From: an uncultured Gemmatimonadaceae bacterium
GTDB lineage: Bacteria; Gemmatimonadota; Gemmatimonadetes; Gemmatimonadales; Gemmatimonadaceae
Direction: 5' to 3'
Assembly (NCBI GenBank): GCA_963781585.1
Contig: CAWAGQ010000006.1
Coordinates: 384,001-448,000 of the forward strand
Length of the DNA stretch: 64,000 nt
Shown here: positions 11,772-22,647 of the stretch, one piece after another
How positions within the stretch are numbered: position 1 is the first letter of the stretch
Layout of the letters: the number at the start of each line of letters is the position of its first letter
The notes under the pieces: generated by a model
Database searches by the model: none
Told to the model about the DNA's origin: nothing
The model's input: the letters and a program-made list of their open reading frames with translations, nothing else
Made by a program: the position numbers and the translations under genes

Positions 11772-14555
11772 ATGCGCATGTCCCGGCTCTCCCGATTCAC
11801 GGCGAACGTCTACGTCGTGGCCGTCGTCCTGGCCGCGATGGCCGGTGCGGTACGAGCGGTCTTCAACGACGTCCTCTCCCGCGAAGCGCCGTACCTGCCG
11901 TTCATCATGGCGGTAACGGTCGCGGCGTGGTACGGCGGTCTTCGCCCCGGCCTGCTGGCATCGGCGTTGGGCGCCGTCCTCTCGCTTGGCTATTTTCTGC
12001 CGCCACTCGGGTCACCCAACTTCGAGTTCGGCGTGCAGGGCGCGGGGCTGGTACTGTTTCTGCTCTCCACCGCCGCCATCTCGTGGCTCTGCGAATCGCT
12101 GCGACGTTCCAACCTGCGCGTGGAGAGCGAACGCGCCATGCGCACGATGAGCGACGAATTCCACGCCGCCATCGCCGATCTCAACTCGGACTTTGCCTAT
12201 CGAGGACACTTCGGGGCGGACGGCGCCATCATCCCGGATGCGGTCACCGAGGGCTTCACCCGCGTGATGGGCTACACCCCGGAGGAAGTGCGGTCGCTCG
12301 GCGGATGGCGTTCACTCATCCACCCGGACGACCTCGCTGTCACCGATCAGTCGGTCCAGCGGCTGCGGCGTGGGGAGACTTCGGAGGGTGAACTCCGGAT
12401 GCGGGCGAAGGATGGGCGGTTCGTGTGGCTGCACCGCCGCAACCGGCCGATCCTCGACGAGCGGGGCAGGGCGACCGGCGCCTACGGCGCCGCCAAGGAC
12501 ATCACCGAGCAGAAGGAAGCCGAGGATTCGCTGCGTGACGGGGAGGAACGGCTGCGGCTGGCGCTCGATGCGGGACAGATGGGGGTCTGGGACTGGAACA
12601 CGGTCACCAACGAGCTCAAGTGGACGGAGAACCTCGAGCCGATTCACGGGCTCGCTCCGGGGACATTCGGGGGAACGATCGACGCGTTCCGCGCCCTCAT
12701 TCATCCGGCCGACCGGCCGCGCGTCGAGGAACTGATTGCGCGATCGCTCGAGCAACGCACCGGCTACGACGCGGAGTTCCGCATCGTCGCGCCGGACGGC
12801 CAGGTGCGGTGGATCGCAGGGAAAGGGATGGTGATCTGCGACGCCGAAGGGAACCCGGTGCGCATGATCGGAGTGGGCATGGATGTCAACGATCGTCGTC
12901 AGGCACGGGAGACCCTGGCGGCGCTGTTGCGCATCAGCGCCCGGGTCAACGCCACCCTCGACCCCGACGCCCTGCTGGACGTCCTGGTGCAGGAGGCCAT
13001 CAATCTGGTCGGCGCGGAGAGCGGCGTTGCCGGGTTGTGGACTCCCGAAGCGATGGTGTGCACCCGGTACTTCGCGAACGGCGAGCCGGTGCCGTTCGAG
13101 TACCGCTGGCCGCCGCTGCACGGCCTGCCGGGATGGCTCATCGTGCACAAGGTCCCGTACCTCACCAACGACGCGGCACACGATCCGCAGGTCGCGCCCG
13201 CGGTCCGCGACCGGTTCGGCTTTCGCTCGGCGCTGTCCACGCCGATCGTGACCTCGGAAGGCGAGATTCTGGGGTTCTTCGAGGTGCATAACAAGCGCGA
13301 CGGGAGTGATTTCTGCGAGACCGATACCGCGCGGCTGACCGCCATCTCCCAATCCGCGTCGGTGGCGGTGCAGAACGCGTTGGCGTACCGGCGGCTGAAG
13401 GAGGCGGAGCAGGAGCTCATTCAGGCCGACCGTCGCAAGGAGGAGTTCATCGCGACGCTGGCCCACGAACTCCGGAATCCCCTCGCGCCCATCCGCAACG
13501 CGGTCGAGATCCTCGGGATGAAGAATTCCCTGGACCCCGATGTGGCCATGGCGCGCGACGTGATCGGGCGCCAACTGCGCCAGATGATCCGCCTGGTGGA
13601 CGACCTGCTCGATGTGAGTCGGATCAGCCGCGCCCAGCTCCAGATCCGGCGCGAGCGCGTGGAGTTCGGCGCCATCGTTCGCAGCGCGGTCGAGACCAGC
13701 CGGCCGCTGATCGACGCCGGCGGCCAGCGCCTGCGCCTCAGCGTGCCTGACGAGCCGGTGTACCTCGACGCCGACGCGGCACGCCTGGCCCAGGTGGTGT
13801 CGAACCTGCTGAACAACGCCGCGAAGTATACACCGGCCGGCGGCATCATCACGCTGACCGCGGCTGCCCGCGAGGGCACGCTCACGATCTCGGTGCGCGA
13901 TACCGGGGTCGGCATCGCACCCGAGCATCTCTCTCGCGTATTCGATCTGTTCTCGCAGGTCGATCCGGCGCTCGAGCGCTCGGCCGGCGGTCTGGGGATC
14001 GGTCTCTCGCTGGTGCGCTCGCTGGTGGAGCTGCACGGAGGGACGGTGGAGGCCCGCAGCGAAGGGCGGAATCGCGGCAGCGAGTTCATCGTCCGGCTCC
14101 CCGGCGTCCAGAACCGCACCCGGCCGCGCGAGACTCCGGTCGATGCCCCGCGGTGGTCACCCGGGGCGCAGAGCGATCGGCGTCGGGTGCTGGTGGTGGA
14201 CGACAACCAGGATTCGACGACCAGCCTCGCCGATCTGCTGCGACGTCGCGGCCACGACGTGCAGACTGCGTACGACGGAGTCGAGGCGATCGCGGTGTAT
14301 CAGACCTTCGCGCCGGACGTGGTGCTGCTGGACATCGGCCTGCCAAAGCTCAACGGGTACGAGGTCGCGCGGCGGCTGCGTCAACTGCCAAGCGGCGCGA
14401 CGGTCCTGCTGGTGGCGGTGACCGGGTGGGGGCAGAGCGATGACCGGCTTCGCTCGCGCGAAGCCGGCTTCGATCATCACCTGGTGAAGCCGGTGAGCCT
14501 GGCTGCGTTCGAGACCCTGCTCACCTCGTCACGGGCAACGCGGCTCCCCGCCTGA
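11772..14555 (+). CDS. Hybrid sensor histidine kinase (membrane DUF4118-like, 2 PAS, GAF, HisKA, HATPase, REC)
   Basis: N-terminal TM helices, IHPDD and IHPAD PAS motifs, LAHELRNPLAP, NLLNNAAKYT, GLGIGL, LVVDD...LLDIGLP. Confidence 0.93.
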   Translation: MRMSRLSRFTANVYVVAVVLAAMAGAVRAVFNDVLSREAPYLPFIMAVTVAAWYGGLRPGLLASALGAVLSLGYFLPPLGSPNFEFGVQGAGLVLFLLSTAAISWLCESLRRSNLRVESERAMRTMSDEFHAAIADLNSDFAYRGHFGADGAIIPDAVTEGFTRVMGYTPEEVRSLGGWRSLIHPDDLAVTDQSVQRLRRGETSEGELRMRAKDGRFVWLHRRNRPILDERGRATGAYGAAKDITEQKEAEDSLRDGEERLRLALDAGQMGVWDWNTVTNELKWTENLEPIHGLAPGTFGGTIDAFRALIHPADRPRVEELIARSLEQRTGYDAEFRIVAPDGQVRWIAGKGMVICDAEGNPVRMIGVGMDVNDRRQARETLAALLRISARVNATLDPDALLDVLVQEAINLVGAESGVAGLWTPEAMVCTRYFANGEPVPFEYRWPPLHGLPGWLIVHKVPYLTNDAAHDPQVAPAVRDRFGFRSALSTPIVTSEGEILGFFEVHNKRDGSDFCETDTARLTAISQSASVAVQNALAYRRLKEAEQELIQADRRKEEFIATLAHELRNPLAPIRNAVEILGMKNSLDPDVAMARDVIGRQLRQMIRLVDDLLDVSRISRAQLQIRRERVEFGAIVRSAVETSRPLIDAGGQRLRLSVPDEPVYLDADAARLAQVVSNLLNNAAKYTPAGGIITLTAAAREGTLTISVRDTGVGIAPEHLSRVFDLFSQVDPALERSAGGLGIGLSLVRSLVELHGGTVEARSEGRNRGSEFIVRLPGVQNRTRPRETPVDAPRWSPGAQSDRRRVLVVDDNQDSTTSLADLLRRRGHDVQTAYDGVEAIAVYQTFAPDVVLLDIGLPKLNGYEVARRLRQLPSGATVLLVAVTGWGQSDDRLRSREAGFDHHLVKPVSLAAFETLLTSSRATRLPA

Positions 14556-14698
14556 CGAGATCCGCGGGAAGACGCATGGGCCGGTTCCCCGGCGACTCGG
14601 CCCTTCTACTTGCCTCCTGATTCGAGCGTGAACGCGGGCCGAGGGGTGGCCTTTGAGCAGGTGATGCCGTTCTGGTTCTAGTCGGCGAGCGTGATTTC

Positions 14699-15062
14699 TT
14701 ACACCTTGCCGGGCCGCAACGAAAGCGCGCTCATGGCCGATCGCGGTCGCAGCAACGCGAGGCCTGCTGGCCGGCACGTGGCCTTCGCCGCCGCGTGCTT
14801 CGTCTGCGCCAAGGCGGCGGCCAGATCGGAGGGGACGGCGATTCCGGGCTTCGGTCTACTGGCCTTCTGCCGACGTTCCAGCCAGAGGGGCTTCACACCC
14901 TCTTCGTTCAGTTCCATCGCCTTCTTCACGAAGCCCGCGAGGACTCTCTTCCGGGGGAACGTCCTTCATTGATGTGATGCGGCCAAGCCCCTTCATGGCC
15001 GCCCGCGCCGCGGGATCGGCGCCGGCTACCTGCTCCGACTGGTCGTCGGAGCGGATTCGCAT
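14699..15062 (-). pseudogene. YdeI/OmpD-associated family relic, frameshifted and truncated
   Basis: AMKGLGRITSMKDVPP, then a frameshift near 14950 into KRVLAGFVKKAMELNEEGVK...IAVPSDLAAAL. Both ends missing. Confidence 0.7.
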
Positions 15063-15162
15063 GCCAAACCAGCAAGGAGCCTGCCGCCTAACGTCTTTTC
15101 AGTCAAGCGGCGCCGGCCCGGGGAGACGGTCAACCGGTCGACGTGGACGCGCAGACAGGGCT

Positions 15163-16419
15163 CTACGCGGCGGTTGACACCCCAGCCATCCGAGAGCCGG
15201 TGACATCATCACGGCTGTCGGGCCGCTCCGCGACGCGCGCGATCGCGCGATAGACCGCGTCGCGCAGCGCCTTCTCGCGCGGATCGTCGCTCAGCCAGAA
15301 GTCCAGCTTGTTCATGACGTACGCGTAACCAAGCCGCGCATCGGGATCGGCGAAGGCGAACGAGCCGCCGGCGCCCGGCGCGCCGAAGGCGCGCTGGCTC
15401 GAGCCAAAGGAGACATCCGGACCGGGCCGCAGGAAGCCAAGCGAGAAGTACGACGGCACGCCCAGCACCTCGTCTTTCGCGCGCGCTACTACGGGCGGCG
15501 CAGTCACGCGCGAGAACGTCTCCGCCGTGATCCCGAGCTCGGCGCCGCCTTCGGCGAAGGCGGAGTATGCGCGTGCAATCGCGCGCGCCGTGCCCACACC
15601 GTTGCCCGCAGGTAGCTCGATCTCGAGCGATCGCCGATCGTTCAGGTCGAGGTTCGAGCCCAGGAACGACCGGCGGAGCAACGAGCCCGGGCGGATCATC
15701 TTCAGCGTCGTCGTGAATGGGGTGTAGTGCAGCGCCAGGAGGCCACGCGCCAGCGACAACGGCCTGACCCTGGCGAGGCGATCGTCGCGCACCTCAACCG
15801 GAAGCCCGATGTAGAACTCCAGCCCCAGCGGTCTGGCGATCTCCTCGTGGAAGAACCGGCCGAGCGTGCGACTTGCCGGGTCGACGCGCCGAATGAGCTC
15901 CTGCATGTACAGCCCGAGCGTCAGCGTGTGGTATCCGTGACGCGTCCCCGGCGGCCACGCCGGCTTCTGGCGGGCGAGCACGCGCGCGACGTAGTCGAGG
16001 TCGCGCAGCTTCTCGATCGTCAGCGTCTCGTCGAGCAGGACGAGCCCCGCCTCGTGTCCCAGGAGCTGCCGGACGGTGATCGCGGACTTGCCATTCTGCG
16101 CGAAGTCCGGCCAGTAGCGCGCAACCGGCGCGTCGTAGTCGAGCCAGCCGCGCGCGTTGGCCACCGCGAGCGTCATCGCGGCGAGGCCCTTCGTGGTCGA
16201 GTTGACGATGACCATGGTGTCCTCGCTCCACGGTGCATCGCCGTCAGGCGAGCGGCGGCCACCCCACAGGTCGACGACCTTCTCGCCGTGCCAGTACGCC
16301 GTGACCGCGGCGCCGATGTCGCCGCGTTCGGTGAAGTTGCGCTCGAACTCGGCGCGCACTTCCTCGAAGCCCGGAGCAAACGACCCCGCGATCCGCGTTG
16401 TGGCCGTCATGGTCGTCAT
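15163..16419 (-). CDS. Serine hydrolase, beta-lactamase/EstA-like
   Basis: VVDLWGG, SxxK (STTK), LLGHEAGL, PGTRHGYH, FADPD. GGAGG before ATG 16419. Confidence 0.92.
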   Translation of the reverse strand: MTTMTATTRIAGSFAPGFEEVRAEFERNFTERGDIGAAVTAYWHGEKVVDLWGGRRSPDGDAPWSEDTMVIVNSTTKGLAAMTLAVANARGWLDYDAPVARYWPDFAQNGKSAITVRQLLGHEAGLVLLDETLTIEKLRDLDYVARVLARQKPAWPPGTRHGYHTLTLGLYMQELIRRVDPASRTLGRFFHEEIARPLGLEFYIGLPVEVRDDRLARVRPLSLARGLLALHYTPFTTTLKMIRPGSLLRRSFLGSNLDLNDRRSLEIELPAGNGVGTARAIARAYSAFAEGGAELGITAETFSRVTAPPVVARAKDEVLGVPSYFSLGFLRPGPDVSFGSSQRAFGAPGAGGSFAFADPDARLGYAYVMNKLDFWLSDDPREKALRDAVYRAIARVAERPDSRDDVTGSRMAGVSTAA

Positions 16420-16607
16420 CGCGCCCTCCTGGTTACCTGCGCGCGACTGTCGCACGCACCCGTGTCAGAATGGTGCGCGGAGGGTCACCTGTCTGTCGGC
16501 GGTATGCAGGCGCGGCGCCGGGTACTTCCCGACCAGGCCATCACGGTTTCACGCACCACAAGAAGCTGGACGACTGCGGCACGCACCCGGGAAACCGGGC
16601 GCCTCCA

Positions 16608-18293
16608 TCACGGCCGCGCCAGGTAGTCCCGTGCCTCCTTCAAGACCGGCCGCGTTCCGGCTTGAGCAACGTCGAGCAACTCCTGGTAGAAGCGACGCGC
16701 CGCAGCGGCGTTGCCCGAAGCGCGCGCAGCCCGGGCCGCGCCAAGCACGCTATTGAAACGCCGTGGGTACAGCTCCAACGAACGCGTGTACGCGACGAGC
16801 GCCGCCGCCGGCTCCTGCCGTTCCAGCAGCAGGTCTCCGAGCAGTTCCTGGGCGGGGAGCGTTGGTCCCGGGGTCACGGGGTGCTTCGGCGTCGAGGCCT
16901 CGAGGTCAGCGGCCTCACGAAGCAGTCTGACGCTGGATTCACCCTCCCCTCCCACGTGCGCGCGCCACGCGCTCAGCTCGAGGTGCAGCATCCGGATGTT
17001 GCGGCCAAACAGGTTCTCCCCCGTCTTACGCGTCGCGGCCTCGAGTTCATCGAGACGATCGTCGGCGGATTTGGCCGCGTCCAGCTCGCCCACGTGTGCG
17101 GCGCCCAGGCCGCGCGCGAACTGGACAATGGCTTCCGGCCAGGTGAAACGGTCCCAGTCGAGGAATTCGGGCTGGCGTGGAACCAGGCGTGCCGCCTCAT
17201 CCCAGGCGTGCCGCTCCAGTGCATACCGGCTCTGTGTCGACGCCAGGTGAAACGCCGTCTTGAACGAGGGTTCCATTCGGGGCGTTGCCCGAAGGCGCGT
17301 CACCGCTGCATCGGCGCTGTCGTCTTCGGCCTTCTGGAGATACGCATACACGAGATACTCCATTGCATGGGGGAACTCGTCCCACACGAATTCCCCATGG
17401 TCTCCGGCCGGAACGTCCAGCGCGGCGGCCGCCGCCCGCTGATTGCCCCGGATCACTCCCTCCCAGTCACCGAGACGCGTGTAGATGTGCGTCGGCATGT
17501 GGAGCGCGTGGGCATTGTGCGGAGCAATCGTCTCGTACTTGCGGATGATTTCCAGCGATTCGTGCTCGCGGCCCGGCACGTCGTTGGCGTGCACGAGGTA
17601 GTGCATGGCGCCGGGGTGGTCCGGATTCCGCTCGTACACGCGAAGGAGTATCCCGGCGGCGCGGTCGGCATGCGCCCGCGAGACGCTATCGGCCGGGGCA
17701 GTGGCCAACAGCGCGAGAGCATAGAACGTGGCCGCCTCGGCGTCATCGGGGAAAGACGAATACAACGTGTCCATGGCCTGCTCCCACCGCCGGATGCGGA
17801 GCCAGTAGTCCGGCGATGCCGGCTCGAGGAAGAACGCGGCCGCGGCGGCGACGAACAGTCGTTCGCGCTCCGTCGGCGGCCGAAGGGCCTGCGCCCTCTG
17901 CACCTCCTCCCACCCGCGCTGCAGCGCTTCCGGTCCGGGCCGCGTCGGCCAGACCGGCTGGAAGAGCGTCATGGCGATGCCCCAATGCGCCATCGCACAT
18001 CGTGGGTCGGTCGATGCCACCAATCGAAACGTCTCCCGTGCCTGTGGATACGTCATGTGATGCAGCAGGGCCACCGCTCGATTGAATTGCACCTGGGCCT
18101 GCGCAGAGCAGCTGACAGGAAAGTTCACTGTCCCCAGGTCGCCCCCGGCTTGTGGCTGGCCCTGACCGCCCGCGGCGTGGGTGCCGGCCACCACAAGGAC
18201 AACCACCAGGCCGATCCCTTCGAATCGGCACCGGAGACGAAATCGGCGGTCCAAATCCCCGGCGTTCCTTTCGGGGAGTGTCCAGCGCGTCAT
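16608..18293 (-). CDS. Secreted TPR-repeat protein
   Basis: LGTVNFPVSCS..AQ.QFNRAVALLH, PDHPGAMHYLVHAND, HALHMPTHIY. GGAGG before ATG 18293. Confidence 0.85.
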   Translation of the reverse strand: MTRWTLPERNAGDLDRRFRLRCRFEGIGLVVVLVVAGTHAAGGQGQPQAGGDLGTVNFPVSCSAQAQVQFNRAVALLHHMTYPQARETFRLVASTDPRCAMAHWGIAMTLFQPVWPTRPGPEALQRGWEEVQRAQALRPPTERERLFVAAAAAFFLEPASPDYWLRIRRWEQAMDTLYSSFPDDAEAATFYALALLATAPADSVSRAHADRAAGILLRVYERNPDHPGAMHYLVHANDVPGREHESLEIIRKYETIAPHNAHALHMPTHIYTRLGDWEGVIRGNQRAAAAALDVPAGDHGEFVWDEFPHAMEYLVYAYLQKAEDDSADAAVTRLRATPRMEPSFKTAFHLASTQSRYALERHAWDEAARLVPRQPEFLDWDRFTWPEAIVQFARGLGAAHVGELDAAKSADDRLDELEAATRKTGENLFGRNIRMLHLELSAWRAHVGGEGESSVRLLREAADLEASTPKHPVTPGPTLPAQELLGDLLLERQEPAAALVAYTRSLELYPRRFNSVLGAARAARASGNAAAARRFYQELLDVAQAGTRPVLKEARDYLARP

Positions 18294-18480
18294 GGTCCCC
18301 TCCCGTTCGCGGCCTAACGGTTCATCCAGGAGCCGCAACAGTCCGGTTCCTCGTCCAGCGCCCTGGCACGGCCGAGAACGATCGCGGTGACAGGCACGGC
18401 GAACGATGCACGACGCGGGGTGAGACCGCAACGGGTGATCAACAGACCTGTCTGCTCCTGCACGCAGGCGATCGTCGCGC

Positions 18481-21400
18481 CTAGGGAATGCTGATCGTCA
18501 CCGCCGGCATCGGCGTCAGGCTCGGCGCCAGCTGCGGCTGTCCGAGCGCCTGGTAGACCGCGGGAAGCGATGTGGTGATGATCCGGTTGAGCGCGCCGAC
18601 CGCGGTGACGAGGTCCTCGCGCGCCTCGCGCGCCAGGCGCATCTGGATCTCGGTGGGGCGCGATGTGGATGCGAGCAGCTGACTCTTCACCGTGCCGAAC
18701 TGGCCCGGCACCGGCGCCACGCCGCCGGCTCCCCCGCCGCGGCCCCCGGGCTCCGGCTCGCCCGGGAGCGTCACCGCGAACTGTCGGCGGAGCGTGCGCA
18801 GATCGCGGTCGACCGCATCCACGGAGGCACGGAGCGCCGCGGGCGGATTCTGTGCCTGCGCCACCAGCGACCGCATCGTGCCGAACGACCCGGTCACGGC
18901 GGCGACCTTCGCGCGCATCAGGCCGGCGATTCCCTGGAGCTGATGCACGGCGAGCGAGACATCGTGCCAGAGCTTCCGGTCCGCGTCGCTCATCTCGCTG
19001 AGCGGGTCACCGCTCACCACAACGGGACTTGCTCCGATCTCGCGGCCGTCGACCGATAGTGCAACGCGATACGTGCCGGGCAGAACGAAAGGCGCGTTGC
19101 CGCCGAGGCGGCCGCTGTTCCACAGCAGCGAATCGGGCAGCGGCTGGTGACGGAGATCCCAGTGCACCCGATGGACGCCGGCCGCGAGTTCACCGGCGAA
19201 GACATCGCCGGAGAGCTCGCGGACCACGGTTCCCGAGGCGTCGGTGATCCGTGCCGTGACGGTGCGCGCCCCAGCGCGCAGGTAGTAGGTCACCGCTGCA
19301 CCGGGTTCGGGATTCTTCCCCCAGAAGCGCCGGTCTCCCGGACTCCCGAAGTCCGGGCGGAACGATCCCATATTAAAGGATGTGGCCGGCCGGATGTCGA
19401 ACAGGTGTGCCGCCGTGCTCAGCGCAGCCGGTGCCTGCTGGAAGGCGGTGATGTCATCGAGGATCCAGACGCTGCGCCCGTGCGTCGCCAGGATCATGTC
19501 GTTATCGCGAGGGTGCAGCGTGATCTCGTTGATCGGCACCGTGGGCAGGTTTGCCTGCACGCGCATCCACTGCGCACCCTTGTTGAGCGAGACGAACAGC
19601 CCGAACTCCGTACCCAGGTAGAGCACGTTGGGGTTCTTCAGGTCCTCGGTGATCGTGCGCACGGCTTGTCCGGCCGGAATGCCGTTGGTGATGGCGCGCC
19701 ACGTCGTGCCGTGGTCGGTGGTCACGTAGACGTAGGGCGCATTGTCGTCCGCGCGATGGTTGTCGAACGTGACGTAGGCGGTCCCCTCATCATGCGACGA
19801 CGGCGCGACGCGGGAGACCGCGGCGCCCTTCGGCAGGCCCGGGAATCGCGACGTCACGTTGGTCCAGGTCGCCCCATTGTCACGCGACACGTACACGGTG
19901 CCGTCGTCGGCGCCGCTGTAGAACAGTCCGGCCTTCCTCTCCGACTCGGCAAACGTCACGATCACGCCATACGTCGAAACGCCGTCGTTCCGGGCGATCG
20001 CGATGTCACGGCCGGCGACGCCCATGATCGAGAGCGAGTCGCGGTCGATCTGCGCGGTGAGGTCCGGGCTGATCGCCTGCCACGAATCGCCGCGATCGGT
20101 AGACCTGAAGATCCGGTTCGCCGCCACGTACAGGACGTTCGGGTTGTGCGGCGAGAGCTGCATCGGCGTATCCCAGTTCCAGCGCAGCGGCGGCTCGCCA
20201 CGTGCGGGTTGAGGCCTGATGTTCTTCCGCTCCAGCGAGACGCGGTCGACCCGGTTCATGTTCCCGCCCTGCGATTCCGCGTAGAGCGTCCGCGAGCTGG
20301 TGGGATCGGCCAGGGTGACGAAACCGTCACCGGTGCCGATGTTCAGCCAGTCGAAGTTCCCGATGCCGATGTCGGCGCGTACGGCACTGGGCCCGAGCCA
20401 CGACGCATTGTCCTGCAGGCCGCCCATGACGTGATACGGCGTGTCCATGTCGAACCCGACGTGGTAGAACTGCCCGATGTCGATGTTGTCGATGAAGTCC
20501 CAGTTCCTTCCGCGATCCCAGGTCACGTTGACGCCGCCGTCGCAGCCCGTGAGCACGTGATTCGAGTTGGCCGGGTCGACCCACAGCGCGTGGTGATCGG
20601 AGTGGGGCACGGTGTTGGCGACGAACGTGCGGCCGCCGTCGTCGGACATGTACAGTTCGACGCCCAGCACGTAGAGGCGGTGGTCATCGTTGGGGTCGAT
20701 GCGCACCTGGCTGAAGTACATCGGCCGCGGGTTCACGTCGCTGACCTTGTGCCAGCTCGACCCCGCGTCATCGGATCGATAGAGTCCCGTCCCGGTGCGA
20801 TGTTCGATCCGTGCGTACAGGACGTTCGGGTTCTTCCGGTAGACGTCGAGCCCGATGCGGCCAAGGTCACCGCTGGGGATGCCGTTGGTGAGCTTCGTCC
20901 AGGTGCGACCGGCGTCCGAGGATTTCCAGATCGCGCTCCCCGGTCCGCCGCCGTTGAATCCCCAGTTGCTGCGGCGGCGCTGGTAGGTGGCGGCGTACAG
21001 CACCTTGTTGTTCGCGGGGTCCATGACCAGTTCGGTGGCGCCGGTGTTCTCGTCCACCTGCAGGATCGGGGACCACGTCACGCCGCCGTCGGTGGTCTTG
21101 TAGACGCCGCGCTCGCGGTTGGGCCCCCACAGGTGTCCGAGGGCGGCGACGTAGACGACATCGTGATCGACCGGATCGACGATGATGCGCGCGACGTGGC
21201 GCGATTCGGTGAGCCCCATGTGCTTCCACGTGTGACCGCCGTCCGTCGACTTGAAGATCCCGCCGCCCCACGAACTGCTCTGCCGGTTGTTGTTCTCCCC
21301 GGTGCCGACCCAGACCACGGAGGCGTCGTCAGGCGCAATCGCGACGTCGCCGATCGAGACGACCTCCTGATCGTTGAACAGCGACTCCCAGGTCGTGCCG

Positions 21401-21639
21401 TGGTTCATCGTCTTCCAGAGGCCGCCGGTTGCGGTGGCGACGTAGAACACCGAGGGGTTGGTTTCGAGGACGGCAAAGTCGTCGATGCGTCCCCCCATCG
21501 TGGCCGGGCCGATGTTGCGGAAGCGGAGCCGCTCGAAGGGCGACGCCACCGATGGGGAGTTGCTCCCCTGCGCGCCCAGGCTGGTGGCCGCGAGGGCGAG
21601 GACGCAGAGGGCGAGACGGGCGGAGCGCGAACGCGGCAT
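18481..21639 (-). CDS. Secreted VPS10/BNR-repeat (glycosyl hydrolase-like) beta-propeller protein
   Basis: Signal peptide, FRNIGPATMGGRI, many S/T-x-D-x-G-x-T/S-W Asp-boxes, C-terminal PGTYRV and a helical tail. Confidence 0.9.
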   Translation of the reverse strand: MPRSRSARLALCVLALAATSLGAQGSNSPSVASPFERLRFRNIGPATMGGRIDDFAVLETNPSVFYVATATGGLWKTMNHGTTWESLFNDQEVVSIGDVAIAPDDASVVWVGTGENNNRQSSSWGGGIFKSTDGGHTWKHMGLTESRHVARIIVDPVDHDVVYVAALGHLWGPNRERGVYKTTDGGVTWSPILQVDENTGATELVMDPANNKVLYAATYQRRRSNWGFNGGGPGSAIWKSSDAGRTWTKLTNGIPSGDLGRIGLDVYRKNPNVLYARIEHRTGTGLYRSDDAGSSWHKVSDVNPRPMYFSQVRIDPNDDHRLYVLGVELYMSDDGGRTFVANTVPHSDHHALWVDPANSNHVLTGCDGGVNVTWDRGRNWDFIDNIDIGQFYHVGFDMDTPYHVMGGLQDNASWLGPSAVRADIGIGNFDWLNIGTGDGFVTLADPTSSRTLYAESQGGNMNRVDRVSLERKNIRPQPARGEPPLRWNWDTPMQLSPHNPNVLYVAANRIFRSTDRGDSWQAISPDLTAQIDRDSLSIMGVAGRDIAIARNDGVSTYGVIVTFAESERKAGLFYSGADDGTVYVSRDNGATWTNVTSRFPGLPKGAAVSRVAPSSHDEGTAYVTFDNHRADDNAPYVYVTTDHGTTWRAITNGIPAGQAVRTITEDLKNPNVLYLGTEFGLFVSLNKGAQWMRVQANLPTVPINEITLHPRDNDMILATHGRSVWILDDITAFQQAPAALSTAAHLFDIRPATSFNMGSFRPDFGSPGDRRFWGKNPEPGAAVTYYLRAGARTVTARITDASGTVVRELSGDVFAGELAAGVHRVHWDLRHQPLPDSLLWNSGRLGGNAPFVLPGTYRVALSVDGREIGASPVVVSGDPLSEMSDADRKLWHDVSLAVHQLQGIAGLMRAKVAAVTGSFGTMRSLVAQAQNPPAALRASVDAVDRDLRTLRRQFAVTLPGEPEPGGRGGGAGGVAPVPGQFGTVKSQLLASTSRPTEIQMRLAREAREDLVTAVGALNRIITTSLPAVYQALGQPQLAPSLTPMPAVTISIP

Positions 21640-21656
21640 TGGCGATCCTCGATGAT

Positions 21657-22640
21657 CTAACGTGAAAAGCGGGACACGAATGCCCAGACCTCATCCGCGG
21701 CATGGACCAGCGTGGTGCGAGGGCCGATGAGGCGCTCCGGAAGGCCCGAGCCTTTCTCTCCCGGCCAGCCGTGTCCGGCCACCGTGAGCTTCCAGTGCGC
21801 CACCTCGACGCTGTCGCGGCAGCCTCCCCAGGCGAGCAGCGTGGCCGACTGCCCCGCGTCAGGCGAGCCGGCAATGCCGTGGCGTACCGCCACCGTGTCC
21901 GGGCGGGTGGAACAGCCGTCAGCGGCGATCCAGCGATCGAGCCCCGCCTGCACCGGCTGGTGCCGCACGCGCGAACTCGTTCCCGGGAAGGGCGGCCCGA
22001 GCCCGCCATTGTACAGCGCCCGCGGGTCATCCACGCTGTGGATCTGGAGCACCGCCACCGGTCGCGACGGCGCGAAGTGCGCGAGGTCGAGCGATCCCGC
22101 CACGGGAGCGATGGCCGCGACGAGGTCCGCGCGTTCCGCCGCGATCCGATGCGCGAGGATGGCTCCGTTGGAATGCCCCGTGGCGTAGATCCGGCGCCGG
22201 TCAATCGATGTGCGGTGCTCCAGGTCGTCGATCACTGCCGCGACGAAGCCCACGTCGTCCACCTGGTGCGCACGCGCGTAGCCGCAGCAGTCGTCACCCG
22301 CATTCCACGTCAGCAGGCGCTGGCGCAGGGGGCCGGTGCCGTTCGGGTACACCACCAGGAACCCTTCGCGGTCGGCGACAGCATCCAGGCCGGCGTACGC
22401 TTCGAATCCGGATGCATTGCCGCCGCCGCCGTGAAACGCCAGCAATACCGGCGGCGGTATGGTCCGCTTCGGCGGAACGTGCACCAGATAACTTCGCAGG
22501 CGGCCACCGTGCCGCAACGTGTATTGGTGTGTCCCCGGTTGGAGTTGCGATGTCGGGCGCGCCGCGCCGGCCTGCCCCTGGAGGGAGTGCGGCCACCATG
22601 CGACGAGCAGGGCGAGGGCGATCGAGAAGGTCGGTGGCAT
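21657..22640 (-). CDS. PHB-depolymerase/LpqC-like esterase, secreted
   Basis: LAFHGGGG, VVYPNG, WNAG.DCCG, GHSNG nucleophile, GHGWPG. Confidence 0.88.
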   Translation of the reverse strand: MPPTFSIALALLVAWWPHSLQGQAGAARPTSQLQPGTHQYTLRHGGRLRSYLVHVPPKRTIPPPVLLAFHGGGGNASGFEAYAGLDAVADREGFLVVYPNGTGPLRQRLLTWNAGDDCCGYARAHQVDDVGFVAAVIDDLEHRTSIDRRRIYATGHSNGAILAHRIAAERADLVAAIAPVAGSLDLAHFAPSRPVAVLQIHSVDDPRALYNGGLGPPFPGTSSRVRHQPVQAGLDRWIAADGCSTRPDTVAVRHGIAGSPDAGQSATLLAWGGCRDSVEVAHWKLTVAGHGWPGEKGSGLPERLIGPRTTLVHAADEVWAFVSRFSR

Positions 22641-22647
22641 CGGGAGT